Below, one piece after another: positions 8,398-12,105 of a DNA stretch of 12,105 nt (its first letter is position 1; each line of letters opens with the position of its first letter). Position numbers and translations under genes: made by a program. The stretch is from an uncultured archaeon (GTDB lineage Archaea > Asgardarchaeota > Hermodarchaeia > Hermodarchaeales > Hermodarchaeaceae). Under the pieces are notes generated by a model, which worked only from the letters and a program-made list of their open reading frames with translations, was not told the DNA's origin and did no database searches. Location: NCBI GenBank assembly GCA_964347045.1, contig CAYFXC010000033.1, positions 1-12,105 of the forward strand, in the 5' to 3' direction.

Positions 8398-8975
8398 AAG
8401 CTGACGCCCGTATTCGCATTCCAAAATCACGTATCGCCGTAGTCATCGGACCTGATGGAGCCATAAAGCGTCAGCTAGAAAAAATCACAAACGTTATGAT
8501 TTCCATCGATAGTGCAGATGGGCTGGTCGTCTTAGAATCCACTGAAGACTGTGAAGACCCCCTGGCGGTCTGGAAAGCCCGAGACATTGTACAAGCGATT
8601 GGCCGTGGATTCAGCCCCCAACATGCCTTTTCCCTCTTAGATGATGACGTCTATTTACGGATTATCAATCTGGAGGAGTTTGGCAACACGTCTAACCAAA
8701 TTCGCAGACTTAAAGGACGCGTCATTGGCCAAGGGGGTAAAACCCGTCGGAACATCGAAGAACTCACTGACACCTACGTCGCTGTGATGGGCAACACAAT
8801 CAGTGTTATTGGCGAAGTGGAAACCCAACAAGTAGCCGTCAACGCAATTGTCCGGTTACTCCGTGGCGCTGAACACTCAACCGTTAATCGCTATCTGAAC
8901 GCCCAACGCCGCCAAATGAAAAAACGTCGTGCCCTAGAATTATGGCGTCCATTGGGACCCAATGACACTGAATAA
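8394..8975 (+). CDS. dim2: KH-domain pre-rRNA processing protein Dim2/Pno1 (Krr1-like family)
   Basis: KH motifs IAVVIGPDG and KGRVIGQGGKTRRNIEELT, plus AIGRGFSP and GAEHSTV. An ATGA overlap with rio1 suggests translational coupling. Confidence 0.93.
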   Translation: MKADARIRIPKSRIAVVIGPDGAIKRQLEKITNVMISIDSADGLVVLESTEDCEDPLAVWKARDIVQAIGRGFSPQHAFSLLDDDVYLRIINLEEFGNTSNQIRRLKGRVIGQGGKTRRNIEELTDTYVAVMGNTISVIGEVETQQVAVNAIVRLLRGAEHSTVNRYLNAQRRQMKKRRALELWRPLGPNDTE

Positions 8976-9019
8976 CTAGAATCAACACCTCTAGCCTTAC
9001 CATTTCTTCAATAGTACAG

Positions 9020-9038
9020 GGAAAGAGTTAAAATTAAG
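9020..9038 (+). promoter_or_regulatory. Putative BRE/TATA promoter of tRNA-Asn
   Basis: Purine-rich GGAAAGAG is followed by TTAAAATTAAG, ~30 nt upstream of the tRNA 5' end. Confidence 0.5.
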
Positions 9039-9064
9039 CAATGAAATTGCACAGCTACTCACAT

Positions 9065-9173
9065 GCCGAGGTGGCTCAGCCAGGTTAGAGCGGGAGCCTG
9101 TACACTTCCTGTGATGTACCGTCCGAAGCTGTTAACCTCTAGGTCAGCGGTTCGAATCCGCTCCTCGGCGCCA
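9065..9173 (+). tRNA. tRNA-Asn(GTT) with a 31-nt intron at non-canonical position 30/31 (9097-9127); CCA encoded
   Basis: Acceptor stem GCCGAGG/CCTCGGC, discriminator G, CCA. D stem GCTC/GAGC. T arm AGCGG-TTCGAAT-CCGCT. Removing 9097-9127 restores GGAGG-CTGTTAA-CCTCT, with the anticodon at 9131-9133. A BHB motif is present at both junctions. Confidence 0.92.
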
Positions 9174-9199
9174 CTTCCCCGACTTTTTCCAGTCACGAA

Positions 9200-9667
9200 T
9201 TATCCATACATTGCATGCCGTTCGGGAAATCTTTTCAAACTCATCGATTGCACACAAGATTCTAATTCACGATCCAAGGCTTCTTGCCGATCCGACATGA
9301 CGGTTCGTAACCGTGACGCACTATCATCCGAATAGCGCTGAATCCCCTGGGCTAACACCACTCCCTTCCGTTGAGGGGCAGCGATTTGAAACAGGAACGG
9401 TTTACCCTCCTGCATGATTCGATTGTGGAGCCCCTCATCCACACGCCGATGCGTCGTTCCAACCCCGATAACCTCAAAAGGATTAACCGGTTCAGTTTTC
9501 ATCTGCCACAGCCGATCCCGGTGCAAAATAAAAGTGTCAAACAACCCGTGGTCTGCAGCTCCGGATAACACGCGCCAGCCTTGGCTCTCCTTGTCATAAC
9601 GCTTCTTCATCTCCATGAGCAAGTCGCCAATCGGCTTCACCGTCACCAGCAGACCACCAAACCTCAT
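9200..9667 (-). CDS. Hypothetical protein, probably from a conserved archaeal family
   Basis: 155-aa ORF that fills the gap between two tRNAs and has protein-like composition. GWRV and KTEPVNPFEVIGVG recall an uncharacterised archaeal family (from memory, not verified). The start could be GTG 9646. Confidence 0.75.
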   Translation of the reverse strand: MRFGGLLVTVKPIGDLLMEMKKRYDKESQGWRVLSGAADHGLFDTFILHRDRLWQMKTEPVNPFEVIGVGTTHRRVDEGLHNRIMQEGKPFLFQIAAPQRKGVVLAQGIQRYSDDSASRLRTVMSDRQEALDRELESCVQSMSLKRFPERHAMYG

Positions 9668-9709
9668 TAATGAAAATCCTACTTAAAGAAAGCTCTGGTT
9701 TCAGACCCC

Positions 9710-9715
9710 AAAAAA
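9710..9715 (-). terminator. Oligo-T terminator after tRNA-Leu
   Basis: T6 on the minus strand immediately follows the encoded CCA. Confidence 0.55.
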
Positions 9716-9836
9716 TGGTGCGGGAGCTGGGAATTTCCGTCATCCCAAACAATGCTGAAACGACTTTTGAACCCAGGAACGCCTACGCGACAGGGACCTA
9801 AACCCTGCATCTTTGACCAGGCTCGATAACTCCCGC
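9716..9836 (-). tRNA. tRNA-Leu(TAG) with a 33-nt intron in the T loop at 59/60 (9733-9765); CCA encoded
   Basis: Minus strand: acceptor GCGGGAG/CTCCCGC-A-CCA; anticodon arm CAGGG-TTTAGGT-CCCTG; long variable arm; T stem CTGGG/CCCAG enclosing 40 nt, which reduce to TTCAAA|T after removal of 33 nt. Confidence 0.92.
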
Positions 9837-9889
9837 ATTATTCTGGGAAGTAAAAAGATAGTCCGAATTCAGGGATAAAAGTATTCGGC

Positions 9890-9935
9890 TGGTAGAATGG
9901 AATTTGCTGAATTGACCAGACTTGACTTCTCCCGC
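9890..9935 (-). pseudogene. Degenerate, deletion-collapsed relic copy of the adjacent tRNA-Leu gene
   Basis: 9912-9936 matches 9813-9837 (tRNA 5' end and D arm) at 20/25 nt. It is followed in order by TTCAGCA (intron), AAATTCC (intron/T-stem junction) and ACCA. Confidence 0.65.
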
Positions 9936-9956
9936 AATGGTTGTTGTGGGTGGGAG

Positions 9957-10034
9957 TGGTGCCCTGACCGGGATTCGAACCCGGGTCCACGGGGCGAAAG
10001 CCCATGATGATTGACCTGGCTACACTATCAGGGC
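9957..10034 (-). tRNA. tRNA-Glu(TTC), intronless, CCA encoded
   Basis: Minus strand: GCCCTGA/TCAGGGC-A-CCA; ATGGG-CTTTCGC-CCCGT; CCGGG-TTCGAAT-CCCGG. Confidence 0.96.
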
Positions 10035-10067
10035 ACGGGTGTCGTTAGGAGAGGCTGGCGGTGGTGG

Positions 10068-10082
10068 GTTAAAAACCTTTGC
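10068..10082 (-). promoter_or_regulatory. Putative BRE/TATA promoter of tRNA-Glu
   Basis: The minus strand reads GCAAAGG-TTTTTAAC, ~35 nt upstream of the tRNA 5' end. Confidence 0.55.
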
Positions 10083-10113
10083 AACTGTTCTCCACGAGTT
10101 TTTAGGGGCAAAG

Positions 10114-10188
10114 TGGTGGAGTGGCCGGGATTTGAACCCGGGTCCTCGGGTGTGCAAGACCCGCGATCTACCGCTGATCTACCACCCC
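10114..10188 (-). tRNA. tRNA-Ala(TGC), intronless, CCA encoded
   Basis: Minus strand: GGGGTGG/CCACTCC-A-CCA with the G3:U70 alanine identity pair; CGGGT-CTTGCAC-ACCCG; CCGGG-TTCAAAT-CCCGG. Confidence 0.96.
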
Positions 10189-10338
10189 ACGGCATGAATA
10201 ATGTTTGTGTGTCTCAGAAGCGACACAAGGCGATTAAAAAGTGTTACGCCACAGAAAGATGAGGCTTTATTAGGGTGTGCCGAAGAAATCTTAAGTGTAA
10301 ACGGTATTTTTAACGGGAAATAGGTTGGGTGAAGTATT

Positions 10339-11190
10339 GTGACCTTGTCGGGATTGGAGTCACCACGTATTCGGAATGCCGTGCACCGGATCCTTGACCC
10401 ACGGGGGGCTTTGGCTCATTATTTGTGGGAAAGTATTCCCTATTATGGGACCTACTTTGAGGAAATTGAGATTAAACCTAATATGCGCATTTTGGATGTG
10501 GGATGCGGTGTCGGACGAACCACCTTAGAATTGGCAAGTATGGTTCCTGAGGGCGAAGTGGTTGGAATTGACATCAATCCGGCGTTGACGGCCTGTGCCA
10601 ATCAGTTGGCGCAATTGTTTGAATTTAGCAGTCGCATCCGCTTCTTTGCCGGCGATATCGTTGAAAAGGGCACTATCCCCAAGGATGAAACATTTGATCT
10701 TATCTACAGTCGCCACGTTGTAGCAGACTTAAAGCAAGATGGGATTCGTGAGCTAGCCCGGCACCTCAAATCAGATGGATTATATGTCGCGTTGGAACCG
10801 GATTATTCGATGTGTCGCGTGTATGGATTACCACATTTGGATGCCCACTATCGTCGCGAAGGTGAAATCGGCTTTGAATCCGGCCTGGCAGGCGGGAACT
10901 TGCGATATCTGTTACATGAAGCCAAGCTCAAAGTCAGTTCCTTCGAACCCCGATATCACATCTTTACCGAACAAGATCTCAAATGGGTAACCTTCGCGAA
11001 AAAACGGCTTGCGGCCGCCTATGAAGAAGAAATTCCACGGGTTGAGGCTATGCGCTTCCGCCGAGGGTCGCATTGGGTGGACGAACGCATTGCGCGACTC
11101 AAAGAGCAGGTGAACGAACTTGAACAATTGACGCGCCGTCACCGCTTCACGAATATTTTCATTCAATTTCTGGTGAAGGCATCCAAATGA
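10339..11190 (+). CDS. Class I SAM-dependent methyltransferase (substrate unknown)
   Basis: Motif I ILDVGCGVG, VVGIDIN, FFAGD, FDLIYSRHV and LKSDGLYVALEPD. Confidence 0.9.
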   Translation: MTLSGLESPRIRNAVHRILDPRGALAHYLWESIPYYGTYFEEIEIKPNMRILDVGCGVGRTTLELASMVPEGEVVGIDINPALTACANQLAQLFEFSSRIRFFAGDIVEKGTIPKDETFDLIYSRHVVADLKQDGIRELARHLKSDGLYVALEPDYSMCRVYGLPHLDAHYRREGEIGFESGLAGGNLRYLLHEAKLKVSSFEPRYHIFTEQDLKWVTFAKKRLAAAYEEEIPRVEAMRFRRGSHWVDERIARLKEQVNELEQLTRRHRFTNIFIQFLVKASK

Positions 11191-11208
11191 TCTCGATTTG
11201 AAGGATTT

Positions 11209-11229
11209 AAAAAAAGAGGACTCCTCCTC
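11209..11229 (-). terminator. Hairpin + T7 terminator-like element for the minus-strand gene
   Basis: The minus strand reads GAGGA-GGAG-TCCTC-TTTTTTT, 13 nt after the stop at 11243, between convergent genes. Confidence 0.55.
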
Positions 11230-11242
11230 CCAGGAAAGGGAA

Positions 11243-11728
11243 TTAGCTGGGAGGAGTTGGTGTTGAAGTGCGCCGTTGAGTCCAGATGGCAGCCGCGATA
11301 ACTAGACAGGCTAATGCGCCAGCTCCGATGACAATAAGGATAGGGAGAATAAGGTTGGGTGGAACCACTAATCCATCAAGTCCTACCACGGGATCGTGAA
11401 CGAAAAGTTCGTCACCCAAGTTGGGATACACAAGATAGAATCGTGTATGTTCAAGATGATCTTCGTAATTACCAGTTACATCGACGATTTCATTACCGGC
11501 ATTGGCTGAATGTTTGTATGCGAAAAAGGCGCCATCAAAGCTGTAGGTGTGATTCTGGTAGTGGTGACGATGAGCATGTTGATAGTGGTGCATTCCAGGA
11601 AGTTGAACCATCAGATCCCATCGGAGCGTGAGGAGAGTGTCGTTGTTGATCCAAGGCCAACCAGAGATAACGATGTCAAATTTGAGTTCATTATTGTTTG
11701 TTGAATTGATATGGCAACGAAGTTCCAC
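11243..11728 (-). CDS. C-terminally membrane-anchored protein, probably an N-terminally truncated remnant
   Basis: Beta-rich region (ELKFDIVISGWPW, YLVYP, HDPVVG), a His-rich patch, and a C-terminal TM (LILPILIVIGAGALACLVIAAAIW) followed by QRR. There is no signal peptide, and an in-frame TAA lies at 11732-11734, just upstream of the GTG. Confidence 0.65.
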   Translation of the reverse strand: MELRCHINSTNNNELKFDIVISGWPWINNDTLLTLRWDLMVQLPGMHHYQHAHRHHYQNHTYSFDGAFFAYKHSANAGNEIVDVTGNYEDHLEHTRFYLVYPNLGDELFVHDPVVGLDGLVVPPNLILPILIVIGAGALACLVIAAAIWTQRRTSTPTPPS

Positions 11729-12105
11729 GTATTAGGTTTCAAAACCGGTTCCTTGCACTCCTCGCGACCCTGCTGTTACTCTTGTTGATGATTTTTAACT
11801 AAGCAACCCGACACATTTTTAAACCACTAAACAACCTTAAGCTACCTTGGCGCGAGATTGATTGCCCACTACTCGCTTCTCACAGCATTCGGGCAAGCAA
11901 CACCTCCGTCACCGCAGCCTTCACTGGCATAGTAATCCAGAGCAACGGGCATCGATTGCCCTGTCCATGAAGGATTGTATTCCGGCTGCGGAACAGAAAA
12001 AGATGCGGACCCGAGCAAACCAGCCAGCCTGGATGGGCCCTGGACTCTTGGGTCGAAGATACGTCCACCTCAACTGACAGGCAACACTAAATTTCCGAAC
12101 TAGTG

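Noticed and set aside
9065-9173. Reading this gene as tRNA-Tyr(GTA)
   Set aside because: G1:C72 and G73 fit Asn, not archaeal Tyr (C1:G72, A73). The BHB-defined splice gives a proper GTT anticodon arm.
9063-9335. 90-aa ORF on the + strand
   Set aside because: It overlaps tRNA-Asn and the antisense strand of the 9200..9667 gene, so it is spurious.
9912-9936. Split (trans-spliced) tRNA 5' half
   Set aside because: U8 is lost, the D stem is not completed, and there is no GC-rich leader or BHB half for pairing with a partner.
10114-10188. Reading this gene as tRNA-Cys because GCA appears on the + strand
   Set aside because: The gene is on the minus strand, with loop CT-TGC-AC and G3:U70, so it is Ala.
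10011-10262. 83-aa ORF on the + strand
   Set aside because: It is antisense to tRNA-Glu and tRNA-Ala; WPGFEPGSS is the typical translation of a reverse-complemented T arm.
11985-12025. RNase P or SRP RNA, suggested by AACAGAAA and GAGCAA
   Set aside because: There is no upstream GAGGAAAGUCC-type P4 motif and no SRP helix-8 motif on either strand.
38-12077. Remaining short ORFs in the track (e.g. 38..265, 1139..1327, 5426..5767, 6667..6897, 7907..8185, 10775..10990, 11359..11631, 11880..12068)
   Set aside because: They are nested in or antisense to well-supported genes, or lack any recognisable motif.
9065-12105. Integrated mobile element or CRISPR array at the tRNA cluster
   Set aside because: No integrase or transposase, no clean tRNA 3'-end direct repeat and no regularly spaced repeats are visible in this window.

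Overview
Archaeal genomic DNA, most likely from an Asgard archaeon (inferred from the Ig-repeat/TM/longin-like protein and the gene content). The + strand carries a 5'-truncated giant single-pass membrane protein (Ig-like repeats, TM helix, cytoplasmic longin-like and winged-helix-like tail) and an RPA2-like OB-fold protein. These are followed by a translation-initiation and ribosome-maturation cluster: aIF2-beta, DUF424, NMD3, aIF1A, Nep1/Emg1, RIO1 and Dim2/Pno1. A four-tRNA cluster comes next: Asn-GTT (+), then Leu-TAG, Glu-TTC and Ala-TGC (-). Two of these tRNAs have introns at non-canonical positions (30/31 and 59/60), and a deletion-collapsed relic copy of the Leu gene lies beside them. 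The window ends with a class I SAM methyltransferase, a probably truncated membrane-anchored protein gene and an unexplained self-complementary segment. The most notable signals are eukaryote-reminiscent basic N-terminal tails on aIF2-beta and aIF1A, the receptor-like longin fusion, and the unusual tRNA introns and relic. All family assignments come from motif recognition by eye; no searches were run.
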